From: an uncultured Gammaproteobacteria bacterium
Lineage (GTDB): Bacteria; Patescibacteriota; Patescibacteriia; Magasanikbacterales; GWA2-37-8
Assembly (NCBI GenBank): GCA_964355175.1
Contig: CAYHBZ010000002.1
Location: forward strand, 119,189 to 183,188
Direction: 5' to 3'
Length of the DNA: 64,000 nucleotides
Each line of letters opens with the position of its first letter. The first letter of the stretch is position 1. A program made the position numbers and the translations under genes. Of the stretch, positions 9,096-19,200 are shown piece by piece. The notes under the pieces were generated by a model, which was not told the DNA's origin, did not search any database, and saw nothing but the letters and a program-made list of their open reading frames with translations.

Positions 9096-9893
9096 ATGAA
9101 AAAATTATTTTTTGCGTTTGTTGGATTAATTATTTTAACAGGAGCAGGTTGTAATAAGCAAGATTATCAAATACCACAAACCATATCTTCCACTAGTACT
9201 TATTTGTACAGCGATGATTACAATTCGCTTCAAGTAGACGTCAATGGTGACGGTAAGGAAGAGTTAATTACGCTTACAGTGAAACGTTTCGAAGGCTATG
9301 TGACTACCACTCTATATGTGAATGATCTCTCTGTAATTGTGCCTGGGTATGATCCAGCTGGATATTTTGGTATGGTAGATATTGATAGTCAAGATAATAT
9401 AAGAGAGATTGCGGTCATTGATGTTGGACCAAGCGATGATTATACAACCAATTTTTATTACTTCAACGGCACAAATTTATTGTTTATGGGTACTATTCCA
9501 TGGGTATATAAAGATATGACTTTTGATGGATTTGGCAAAATAATTACAAAAACTCGTGGTAAAATTTTGGATACATGGTTTTATGATGATGATTTCGTTA
9601 TTTCCAAAAATCACGAGCTTGTTCATGTGCCAAAAAATCTTTATGTCAGAGATACTACAGTAACGCTTTTAACTGCGCTGCCTCTACAGATATCTCCTTT
9701 AAATTCTAAAATAATTACCAATTTGAACAAAGGCGAGATCGCAAAAATTATTGGCTGTGATGATATAGCTTGGTGTGTTATAGAAAAATCCGATGGCGTT
9801 CACGGTTGGTTTGCAGTAGAAAATTTTGATATTGTGAAAGGTGTTGGGCTGCACGCCGGGGATGTTTTTTTGGGATTGTCTAATGCGGATTAG
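9096..9893 (+). CDS. lipoprotein with FG-GAP-like Ca-binding motifs and C-terminal SH3-like domain
   Basis: lipobox LTGAGC; DVNGDGKEE and DIDSQD motifs; L.KGE..KIIG.D..AWC.IE..DG..GW. Confidence 0.75.
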   Translation: MKKLFFAFVGLIILTGAGCNKQDYQIPQTISSTSTYLYSDDYNSLQVDVNGDGKEELITLTVKRFEGYVTTTLYVNDLSVIVPGYDPAGYFGMVDIDSQDNIREIAVIDVGPSDDYTTNFYYFNGTNLLFMGTIPWVYKDMTFDGFGKIITKTRGKILDTWFYDDDFVISKNHELVHVPKNLYVRDTTVTLLTALPLQISPLNSKIITNLNKGEIAKIIGCDDIAWCVIEKSDGVHGWFAVENFDIVKGVGLHAGDVFLGLSNAD

Positions 9894-9946
9894 ATTATTG
9901 TGCTATCGTTTTTTTATTTTTTATCTAAAATTTTATAAAAAATGGA

Positions 9947-9975
9947 TTGACAAAAGGCGTTTTTTGTGCTATAAT
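9947..9975 (+). promoter_or_regulatory. consensus sigma70 promoter
   Basis: TTGACA-17 bp-TATAAT with extended TG. Confidence 0.85.
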
Positions 9976-10028
9976 AAGTACATATTTGGCTAAATTAAGC
10001 TAAATTTATATTTTTAAACTATAAATAT

Positions 10029-10995
10029 ATGGTAGAAGGCAAAGGTGGAAGTTTATTTAAAAAATTAGTTTTAGGTGTTAGCTCACTAGCCGCATTAGGG
10101 GGGGGCACATGAAGTTGGTAAAAGTGCTGGCCACGACAGTGGCTACGAAGCTGGTGAAAAAGCTGGTAAAGCTGCCGGAACCGAGGAAGGTAAAAAAGTT
10201 GGTCTTAAACAAGGTGAAGAAACCGGTAAAAAAACTGGTTTTGCAGAAGGTAAGATAAAAGGAACGGAAGAAGGGAAAACAGCCGCACACGAAGAATTAG
10301 CCAGAGCCGCTGATCCAAAAACTGAACAAGAAAAGAAAGAACAAGAGGCTAAGGAGTCACGGAAGTTTCAAGAAGATCAAGAAAAAACAAAAAAAGGATT
10401 AGATTCTTTGCAGATTAATAAAGGTGAAGAGAAAAATTTTAAAGCTTCAAAAGAAGCGGCCGAAGTTTCCGGAAAAGCATTTGAATTGAAGGTAAAAGAA
10501 GATTTGGGCAGCTATCCAAGTTGGTTGCGGGTTGGAAATAGTCATGAAATTGATAATTCTGCTGATGTAATCATCTCAATGACGCAGACTGAATCGGGTC
10601 TGAAGTTAGTTAGAGAAAAAGTGAGGGCGGATAAAGATTTTAAAGTAGTGTTTGAAAAATTATTTGAAAGACTTTCTAATTTAAGAGATAAAATTAGCCA
10701 AGATGGAAATAACCTAGAAGATGGAGAGGTTTTATATATAGAGGATAAAGATTCGTGGATGAATCTTGACTCAGAAGAAGACGAAAAAGGCCATGTGACC
10801 TATTCGGAAACAATTCAAAATTACAACGAAGCAACAGGAGAAACAAAAGAAGAAGTTAAAGTTATTACTGAAAAAGAAAATGATCGAAGATGGAAAATCT
10901 ATAATAAGGAAAAAGATAATGAGGTGAAAAGGAAACAGGAAAAAGTAAATATTTTAGCTAAAGTTTTAGCCGAGAATGTTGTAGAGGTAAAATAA
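10029..10995 (+). pseudogene. GxxxG-repeat membrane-anchored protein interrupted by a +1 frameshift in a G8 tract
   Basis: ATG 10029 reads MVEGKGGSLFKKLVLGVSSLAALGGGT* (TGA 10110). Removing one G from G8 (10098-10105) joins it to an open frame continuous with ORF 10408-10995 (321 aa). Confidence 0.75.
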
Positions 10996-11000
10996 CTAAT

Positions 11001-11029
11001 AAAAAAGAGCGGTCAGGGCCGTTCTTTTT
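11001..11029 (+). terminator. intrinsic terminator
   Basis: AAAAAGAGCGGTC-AG-GGCCGTTCTTTTT hairpin. Confidence 0.6.
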
Positions 11030-11104
11030 GTATTTGTCATGGGATTGTTTTTTTGGTAAGATTGTACACAGTTGTATTAGTTTATTTTTATTGTCATAAT
11101 TTTT

Positions 11105-11974
11105 ATGTCAGCAGATAAATACACTGCCGTGTGGGTATCCCACACCTCCATCTCAGATTTTCTAAAATGTCCTCGCGCTTATTTTTTGAAGAATGTTTAT
11201 CGCGATCCATCTACGCGTCACAAAATAAAATTAATGACGCCGGCTTTGGCGCTGGGACAAGCAGTGCATGAGGTGTTGGAATCTCTTTCTCAATTACAAC
11301 GCGGCGCTCGCTTCAATGAGCCGTTGCCGGTAAAATTTGACCGTGCTTGGGAAAAAGTAAAAGGTGAAAAAGGTGGATTTCCCAACGATGAAGTAGAATA
11401 CAAATATAAAAAACGCGGCTTGGATATGCTCGCGCGCGTCTATAATCATCCGGGGCCAATAAATAATTTGTCCGTAAAAATTCAGATGGATCTGCCGTAC
11501 TATTGGCTGTCTGAAGAAGAAAATATTATTTTGTGTGGCAAAGTAGATTGGCTCGAATATCTGCCGGACACCGACAGTGTTCACATTATTGATTTTAAAA
11601 CCGGTAAAATTCAGGAAGAAGAAAGTTCGTTGCAGCTCCCAATTTATAGTTTGCTTGTTTCCAATTGTCAGAAAAGAAAAACTACCAAAGCTAGTTATTG
11701 GTATTTAGGTGACAGCGACGCTCTCACCGAAAAAACTTTACCTGATGTGTCGGATGCGGAAAAGAAAATTCTTGATATTGCCAGACAGATAAAAGTGGCG
11801 CGCCAAATTAACAGATTTAAATGTCCACAAGACGCGGACGGATGTTTTGCTTGTCGCCCGTTTGAAGCTATTTTAAAACGAGAAGCCAAATTGGTGGGTC
11901 AGGATGAATATGGCGCGGATATTTACATCATCGATAAAACGGAAGCAGAAAATCGTGAAGGTGAAATTTTATAA
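11105..11974 (+). CDS. PD-(D/E)XK nuclease (RecB/AddB/Cas4-like, PDDEXK_1)
   Basis: S.TSISDFLKCPRAYF, LGQAVHEVLE, GKVDWL...IIDFKTG, QL.IY, C-terminal CP.....CFAC. Confidence 0.9.
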   Translation: MSADKYTAVWVSHTSISDFLKCPRAYFLKNVYRDPSTRHKIKLMTPALALGQAVHEVLESLSQLQRGARFNEPLPVKFDRAWEKVKGEKGGFPNDEVEYKYKKRGLDMLARVYNHPGPINNLSVKIQMDLPYYWLSEEENIILCGKVDWLEYLPDTDSVHIIDFKTGKIQEEESSLQLPIYSLLVSNCQKRKTTKASYWYLGDSDALTEKTLPDVSDAEKKILDIARQIKVARQINRFKCPQDADGCFACRPFEAILKREAKLVGQDEYGADIYIIDKTEAENREGEIL

Positions 11975-11975
11975 T

Positions 11976-12407
11976 ATGAATTTTTTAGGATATATTTTCG
12001 CGATTGGCGCGGCCGTTGCTTGGGGGATGGTATATACGCTAGATCAAAAAATAATGGACAAAGTTTCTCCGCTCAGTCTACTATTTTTTTCTTATGTTGT
12101 CTCGACCTTAATAGTTTTGCCGTTGATGTTTTTGGAAAAAGGGTCGTTTCAGTCAATCATTACTTCGGGAAAGAATAATTTAGGTTTATTGTTTATTTCT
12201 ACTTTTCTCACAATCTTGGCCAGTTTTTTGATTTTAAGCAGTGTTAAGATTTTGCATGCTCCGACCGCTTCGGTGCTGGAGATCTCATATCCGCTATTTG
12301 TCACCCTTTTTGCCTTTTTACTATATAATGAGGTTATCACCTGGCAGTTTGTGCTAGGGGCAGTATTGGTTTTTTCCGGGACGGCTATTATTATCCGCTT
12401 TCATTAG
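11976..12407 (+). CDS. EamA/DMT family transporter (single repeat)
   Basis: start at ATG 11976 (MNFLGYIFAIGAAVAWG); 5 TM; YPLFVTLFAFLLYNEVIT...LGAVLVFSG. Confidence 0.88.
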   Translation: MNFLGYIFAIGAAVAWGMVYTLDQKIMDKVSPLSLLFFSYVVSTLIVLPLMFLEKGSFQSIITSGKNNLGLLFISTFLTILASFLILSSVKILHAPTASVLEISYPLFVTLFAFLLYNEVITWQFVLGAVLVFSGTAIIIRFH

Positions 12408-12529
12408 CTCTATATTTAAACAAAAATGTGGATAACTTTGCGCTAAAATCAGCATAAAATTGTACTTTTTGGCTAATATAAGGCAAAAGACGGTAAAATG
12501 CTTGACAAAATCTAGTCACCTCGCTCCAT

Positions 12530-12558
12530 TTGACAAATCTTTCTTTTTATTGTACTAT
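12530..12558 (+). promoter_or_regulatory. rpoBC promoter
   Basis: TTGACA-17 bp-TACTAT; a DnaA box (TGTGGATAA) lies at 12427-12435. Confidence 0.65.
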
Positions 12559-12807
12559 TTAGAAACTTTCAAAAGCGTGGATCGCACCCAAGAAAAGCGC
12601 TAAGATAAGCAAAAAAGTGGCGTTTATTTGACAAAATAAACTACTACTTGCAAGGAAAATCAATAAAACATTTTTCATGTCAACCTTGCGTTTTTTCGCT
12701 AAAATATAACAAAAAAGCTCAAAGGACCTGTTATTTTGGTACTTTTTTTGTTTGCATTTTTCAAAAATTATTTATTTTTTTAACATTTTTTAAATAAATT
12801 TCCTTTT

Positions 12808-15800
12808 ATGCCTATATTCAAGCGCCAAGCTCTCAAGGAAAAGGATAGAAAGTTTTTTACAAAAGTAAAAAACGCTATTCCGCTTCCTAACTTGATTGAG
12901 ATCCAAACGGACTCTTACAATTGGTTTACCAAAATTGGTATCAAAGAATTGTTTGAAGAAGTTTCTCCAATCACTGATTTCTCCGGACGTAATTTGGAAT
13001 TGTATTTAGAAGATTATTATTTGGACGAACCGCGCTTCGATGAAGTGACTTGTAAGAAACGAAATGTTTCTTATGAAGCTCCTTTGCGTATTACTGCTCG
13101 TCTTTTGAATAAAAATACCAAACAGAGTAAATCTCAAGAAATTTATTTGGGTGATATCCCAATGATGACACAGCGCGGTACTTTCATTGTGAATGGTATC
13201 GAACGCGTAATTGTATCTCAGCTTATCCGCTCTGCCGGTGCATTCTTTACTGCGGAAAATGTTCGTGGTCGCCGCTACTACGGTGCCAAAATTATTCCAA
13301 ATCGCGGTGCATGGCTTGAAATTGAAACTGACCAGAATAACGCACTGTGGGTAAAAGTAGATCGCAAACGTAAAGTCGCCGTAACATCTTTGTTGCGTGC
13401 TTTTGGCGTTGAAAGTGATGAAGAAATTATTGCCGCTTTCAAAAAAGTAAATACTCATCCAACTATTGATTTCATCGACGCCACTTTGAAAAAAGATTTA
13501 GCCAAGAATATGGATGAAGGTTTAATAGAAGTTTACAAACGTATTCGTCCGGGTGATTTGGCTACTCCAGATAATGCCAAAGGTTTAATCCACGCCATGT
13601 TCTTTAATTTTGAACGCTATGATTTGGGACGCGTGGGTGTTTACAAATTCAACAACAAGTTTGATGTGGAGTCCAAACCGGAAGATTATGACAACAAAGA
13701 AAATCGCGTGTTGTCTTCCGAAAAATTAATCGCGGTAATTTCCGAAATTATTCGCCTCAATGTGACTCAAGAAGAACCGGATGATGTAGATCATTTGGGT
13801 AATCGTCGTATCCGCGCTGTGGGTGAATTGGTACAGAATAGATTCCGCGTGGGTCTGGCTCGTATGGAACGTATCGTGAAAGATCGTATGAGTACCTATG
13901 ATGTAGAACAGCTCGTACCAAACAAAGTAATCAATGCTCGTCCGGTAATGAGTGCCATTCGTGAATTCTTTATGAGTTCTCAGATGTCTCAGTTCATGGA
14001 TCAACACAACCCATTATCTGAACTCGAACACAAACGCCGTTTGTCCGCACTTGGACCTGGTGGTTTGTCTCGTGATCGCGCCAGTTTTGAAGTGCGTGAT
14101 GTGCATACTACTCACTACGGTCGTATTTGTCCGATTGCTACACCGGAAGGACCGAATATCGGTTTGGTAAACCACCTTTCCAGTTTTGCTCGTATCAATG
14201 AATTTGGTTTTATTGAAACTGCTTATAAGAAAATTTTGCGTGAAGTAAAAAATGACGCCTCTCTCACTGAGGGTGAAATTTTACGTGGCGATGTTGGTGG
14301 CTTTAAAGATGGTACCGCTATCACCAAAGAAGTCGCTGTTAAATTGGCCAAAGAAAAATTAGCTTCTATCACCGTTAAATCCCGCGTGACTAATGAAGTA
14401 GTTTATTTGAGCGCTTTTAAAGAAGAAAAATATCTCACTGCTTCTGCTCGTACTCGCGTGGATGAAAAGGGTTACTTCCTCGATGAACGCGTACCAGCTC
14501 GTGTAAATGCCAAACCAGGTAATGCTCGCACTGAAGATTTGGATTTCATCGATGTTGGTAGTGCTCAGATTGTAAGTATTGCTACCTCCTGTATTCCATT
14601 CCTCGAACACGATGATGCTACCCGCGCTTTGATGGGTACAAACATGCAGAGACAAGCCGTACCATGTATTCGTCCAGAGGCTCCTTTGGTCGGTACCGGT
14701 GTGGAACACGAAGCCGCTAAATATTCCGGCCAGGTTGTGATTGCTCCGGAAGATGGCGAGATCGTAGAATGTGATGGTGGTCATATCGTACTCAAAGGTA
14801 AAAAAGATACTTATACTTATCAATTAAATAAATTCGTTCGCGCCAACGCCGCCACTTGTATCAACCAACATCCGACAGTGGTGGTTGGTGAGAAAATAAA
14901 AAAGGGTCAGATCATCAGTAATGGCCCAAGTATTGCCGACGGTGAGTTGGCACTTGGCCAGAACATGTTGGTCGCCTATATGGCTTGGGATGGTTTCAAC
15001 TATGAAGATGCCGTGATTCTTTCCGAGCGCGTAGTGCACAAAGATCGCTACACTTCTATTCATATTGAAGACTATACTATTGATGTTCGTGAAACTAAAC
15101 TTGGACCGGAAGTAGTGACTTCTGATATCCCAAATGTTTCTGAAGAAAAATTAAAGAATCTAGATTCCGAAGGTATTGTCCGTGTTGGTGCCGAAGTAAA
15201 ATCCGGTGATATTTTGGTGGGTAAAATTACTCCAAAAGGTGAAACTGAATTATCCGCGGAAGAAAGATTGTTGCGCGCCATCTTTGGTGAAAAAGCTCGT
15301 GATGTTCGTGATTCTTCTATGTATCTTGAACACGGTGAACACGGTAAAGTAATTGGCATCCAAGTATTTTCCGAAGAAGCCGGTGATAAACTCGAACCAG
15401 GTGTTATCAAAGAGGTACAGGTTAAAGTGGCTGATATGCGTAAAATTCAGGTGGGTGATAAAATGGCCGGTCGCCATGGTAACAAAGGTGTTATTTCCAA
15501 AGTTGTACCTTCTGAAGATATGCCGTTCCTTGAAGATGGTACTCCTATTGATATTATTCTTTCCCCACTTGGTGTTATCTCCCGTATGAACTTGGGTCAG
15601 TTGCTTGAAACTCATTTGGGTTTAGCGGCCAATGCTTTGGGATATAAAGTAGCTACTCCAGTGCTTGATGGTTTGACCGAAGATCAAATTTACGCTGAAT
15701 TGAAAAAAGCCGGTTTGCCAGTTTCTGGTCAGGCTCAGCTTTATGATGGTCGTACCGGTGAACCATTTGATTACCACACTACTATTGGTTACAACTACAT

Positions 15801-16248
15801 GCTGAAGTTGAACCACATGGTAGAAGATAAAATTCACCAACGCAGTATTGGTCCTTACAGTCTTATCACTCAGCAGCCGCTTGGTGGTAAAGCTCAGTTT
15901 GGTGGTCAGAGATTTGGTGAAATGGAAGTTTGGGCTCTGGAAGCTTATGGTGCCGCTCATACTCTGCAAGAAATCCTCACTATTAAATCCGATGATGTTC
16001 CTGGTCGCTCCAAAGCTTATGAAGCGATTATTAAAGGTGAGCCAATTACTCGTGTAAATATTCCTGAATCATTCAACGTATTGGTTCGTGAAATTAAAGG
16101 TCTTGGTCTTGAAGTGGAATTATTGAAGAAAACAGCTTCTGGAGAATTTCGTCCAATGGAAGAAGTGAAAGCTGAAGAAGAATTGCAGAATAAGAAAAAC
16201 GAAAACGCGCTCAACGATATGGGTGGCGTAAGTGAAAATAATCAATAA
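12808..16248 (+). CDS. rpoB: RNA polymerase beta subunit
   Basis: GTFIVNGIERVIVSQL, HYGRICPIATPEGPNIGL, GDKMAGRHGNKGV, GGQRFGEMEVWALEAYG. Confidence 0.99.
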   Translation: MPIFKRQALKEKDRKFFTKVKNAIPLPNLIEIQTDSYNWFTKIGIKELFEEVSPITDFSGRNLELYLEDYYLDEPRFDEVTCKKRNVSYEAPLRITARLLNKNTKQSKSQEIYLGDIPMMTQRGTFIVNGIERVIVSQLIRSAGAFFTAENVRGRRYYGAKIIPNRGAWLEIETDQNNALWVKVDRKRKVAVTSLLRAFGVESDEEIIAAFKKVNTHPTIDFIDATLKKDLAKNMDEGLIEVYKRIRPGDLATPDNAKGLIHAMFFNFERYDLGRVGVYKFNNKFDVESKPEDYDNKENRVLSSEKLIAVISEIIRLNVTQEEPDDVDHLGNRRIRAVGELVQNRFRVGLARMERIVKDRMSTYDVEQLVPNKVINARPVMSAIREFFMSSQMSQFMDQHNPLSELEHKRRLSALGPGGLSRDRASFEVRDVHTTHYGRICPIATPEGPNIGLVNHLSSFARINEFGFIETAYKKILREVKNDASLTEGEILRGDVGGFKDGTAITKEVAVKLAKEKLASITVKSRVTNEVVYLSAFKEEKYLTASARTRVDEKGYFLDERVPARVNAKPGNARTEDLDFIDVGSAQIVSIATSCIPFLEHDDATRALMGTNMQRQAVPCIRPEAPLVGTGVEHEAAKYSGQVVIAPEDGEIVECDGGHIVLKGKKDTYTYQLNKFVRANAATCINQHPTVVVGEKIKKGQIISNGPSIADGELALGQNMLVAYMAWDGFNYEDAVILSERVVHKDRYTSIHIEDYTIDVRETKLGPEVVTSDIPNVSEEKLKNLDSEGIVRVGAEVKSGDILVGKITPKGETELSAEERLLRAIFGEKARDVRDSSMYLEHGEHGKVIGIQVFSEEAGDKLEPGVIKEVQVKVADMRKIQVGDKMAGRHGNKGVISKVVPSEDMPFLEDGTPIDIILSPLGVISRMNLGQLLETHLGLAANALGYKVATPVLDGLTEDQIYAELKKAGLPVSGQAQLYDGRTGEPFDYHTTIGYNYMLKLNHMVEDKIHQRSIGPYSLITQQPLGGKAQFGGQRFGEMEVWALEAYGAAHTLQEILTIKSDDVPGRSKAYEAIIKGEPITRVNIPESFNVLVREIKGLGLEVELLKKTASGEFRPMEEVKAEEELQNKKNENALNDMGGVSENNQ

Positions 16249-16259
16249 TTTCTTCCTAT

Positions 16260-19200
16260 ATGCAAAAAGATTCTTTAAGAAACACTGATTTTGACGCGAT
16301 TCGCTTGCGTCTCGCTTCGCCTGAAACCATTCGTGGTTGGTCTTTTGGTGAAGTCAACAAACCGGAAACAATTAACTACCGTACTCAGAAGCCGGAAAAA
16401 GGTGGTTTGTTTGCCGAAGAAATCTTTGGGCCTACCAAAGATTGGGAATGTTACTGTGGTAAATACAAAAAAATTCGTTACAAAGGAATTGTCTGTGACA
16501 AATGTGGAGTAGAAGTTACTACTTCGCTCGTACGTCGTGAACGTATGGGTCACATTGAGCTCGCTGCTCCGGTAGCTCATATTTGGTTCTTGCGTTCCGT
16601 GCCTTCCAAGGTTGGTTTAATTTTGGATGTGCCGGTACAAGCTTTGGAAAAAGTAATTTACTTTGCTTCTTTTATTGTGTCGCATGTTGATGATGCCGGT
16701 AAAAAATTGGCTTCTGATCAAATGCGTCAGGAATATAAAACTAAGAAGAAACAAATCGAGCAGGAAGGCGAAGCCGCTTTGAAAAAAGGTAATGATGAAA
16801 AAGCTTCCGCCTCTGCTCTAGAAAAAATTCAGCAAGAAACTGAACGTAAAGTTTTGGCTTTGGAACAAGATTTCACAGCTGCTGAAAAAGAACTCAAAGA
16901 ATTGCAGGTGCTCAAAATTTTATCGGAAAATCGTTATCAGGAATTGTCTTTGCGTTTTGGTCATTTGTTTGAAGCTGGTATTGGTGCGGAAGCAGTTTAC
17001 GGATTGCTGGAAAGAATTAATATCGAAGAAACTATCAAACAGATTGCTGATGAACAGACTACTTCCAAAGGTACAAAATTGGAACGTCTGATTCGCCGCC
17101 GTAAACTTCTCAACAGTTTGCGCATTAACAAGATTCGTCCAGAATGGACAATCATGAAATGTATTCCAGTTATTCCTCCAGATTTGCGTCCGATGGTAGC
17201 TCTCGACGGCGGTCGTTTTGCTACTTCCGATTTGAATGATCTTTATCGTCGTGTTATCAACCGCAACAATCGTTTGCGTCGTTTGCTTGAACTGGATGCT
17301 CCAGAAGTTATTTGTCGCAACGAAAAACGTATGTTGCAAGAAGCTGTCGATGCTTTGATCGACAATAATGCTCGTCATAGTAAAACCGTTTTGGCCGCTA
17401 CCGGTCAAAAACGTCAGTTGCGTTCCTTGGCTGATATTCTCAAAGGTAAACAAGGTCGTTTCCGTCAGAACTTGCTCGGTAAACGTGTTGACTATTCCGG
17501 TCGTAGCGTTATCGTCGTAGGTCCTCAACTTAATATTGATGAATGCGGTTTGCCAAAACGTATGGCTTTGGAATTGTTCAAACCATTTATCATGGGTGAA
17601 ATTATTAAACGTGAATTGGCTCACAATGTCCGCTCTGCTTCTCGCTATATTGAAGCGGAGCATGACGAAGTATGGGACATCTTGGAAGAGCTTACTCAAA
17701 CTACTCGCGTATTTTTGAATCGTGCTCCTACCTTGCATCGTCTTGGTATTCAGGCTTTTCATCCGCGCCTCGTAGAAGGTAAAGCTATTCAATTGCATCC
17801 GCTTACTTGTACTGCTTTTAACGCCGACTTTGATGGTGACCAAATGGCCGTCCATTTGCCGCTCACTGCCGAAGCTCGCTGGGAAGCTGACAATCTCATG
17901 GCTGCGGAAAAGAATTTGCTCAAACCAGCGACTGGTCAGCCGGTAATTACTCCAAAACAGGATATTGCTTTGGGATGTTTTTATCTCACTCACCACAAGA
18001 GTACTGATACCGCTCCAGTAAAAAGATATTTCTCTTCTCCTGCCGAAGCCAAATTGGCTTACAAGATTCGCAATATTACTTTGCACGAAAGAATTAAAAT
18101 TCGTTTTACTCCGGAAGAAATGGCCGGTAAATTCCCAGAAGGAACTGATAAATTAATTGAAACTTCTTTGGGACGTATTTTGTTCAATGAAATTTTGCCA
18201 CCAAAAATCTCTTTCTACAATGACACTATTACCGTTAAGAAATTAGCGGAAATTATTCACTTGTGTTTGGAATTTTATGGTCAGCAAGAAACCGCTTACT
18301 TCTTGGATGAATTGAAAAATCTTGGTTACCGCTATGTTACTAAATCCGGTTACTCTCTTGGTGCTTCAGATTTTCCAAAGATTGAGGAAAAACCAGCTTT
18401 GATCGCTGTTGCCGATAAACAGATTGTAGAAGTAGAAGAACAGTATCAAGAAGGTTTGCTTACTCAAGCAGAACGTCACGCGAAAATTCTGGAAATTTGG
18501 ACCGCTACCAAAGATAAAATTATTGCTAACAACCAACAGACTTTGGATAAAAACGGTCCAGTATACGCCATGATCGAATCCGGTGCGCGTGGTACTTGGG
18601 GTCAGCTTGGTCAGGTTATCGGTATGAAAGGTTTGGTAGTGTCCCCATCTGGTGATATTATCGAATTGCCGGTAAAAGGAAACTTCAAAGAAGGTTTCGA
18701 TGTGCTTGAATACTTTATTTCCTCTCACGGTACTCGTAAAGGTTTGTCCGATACGGCTTTGCGTACCGCTAACGCCGGTTACTTGACTCGTCGTTTGGTA
18801 GATGTGGCACAGGATGTAGTGGTACTCGAAGAAGAATGTGGTGATACTACCGGTGAAATCTTCTCAATCGCTCAATCCAAAGAAATGGGTGAAAAATTAT
18901 CCGATCGTGTTTGGGGTCGCTATACTTTGGCCGATATTAAAGTAGACGGTGAAGTAGTCGTAGAAAAAGGCGGCGTGATCGATGGTAAAATTACTCGTTT
19001 GGTAGATGAAAATAAAGTGGATAATATCCATGTACGCAGTGTGCTACAATGTAAATTACCAAAAGGTGTGTGCCGCAAATGTTATGGGTTCGACTTGGCC
19101 CACAACAAACCGGTAGAATTTGGTACCGCTGTAGGTATTATCGCCGCTCAATCTCTAGGTGAACCTGGTACTCAGCTTACTTTGCGTACCTTCCACTCTG

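Noticed and set aside
11105-11974. CRISPR-Cas locus suggested by the Cas4-like nuclease
   Set aside because: No regularly spaced direct repeats and no other cas genes in the window.
16920-18086. 388-aa antisense ORF in rpoC, and similar ones in nrdJ, rpoB, gyrA and ftsH
   Set aside because: Shadow frames from codon bias of highly expressed genes; no independent motifs or signals.
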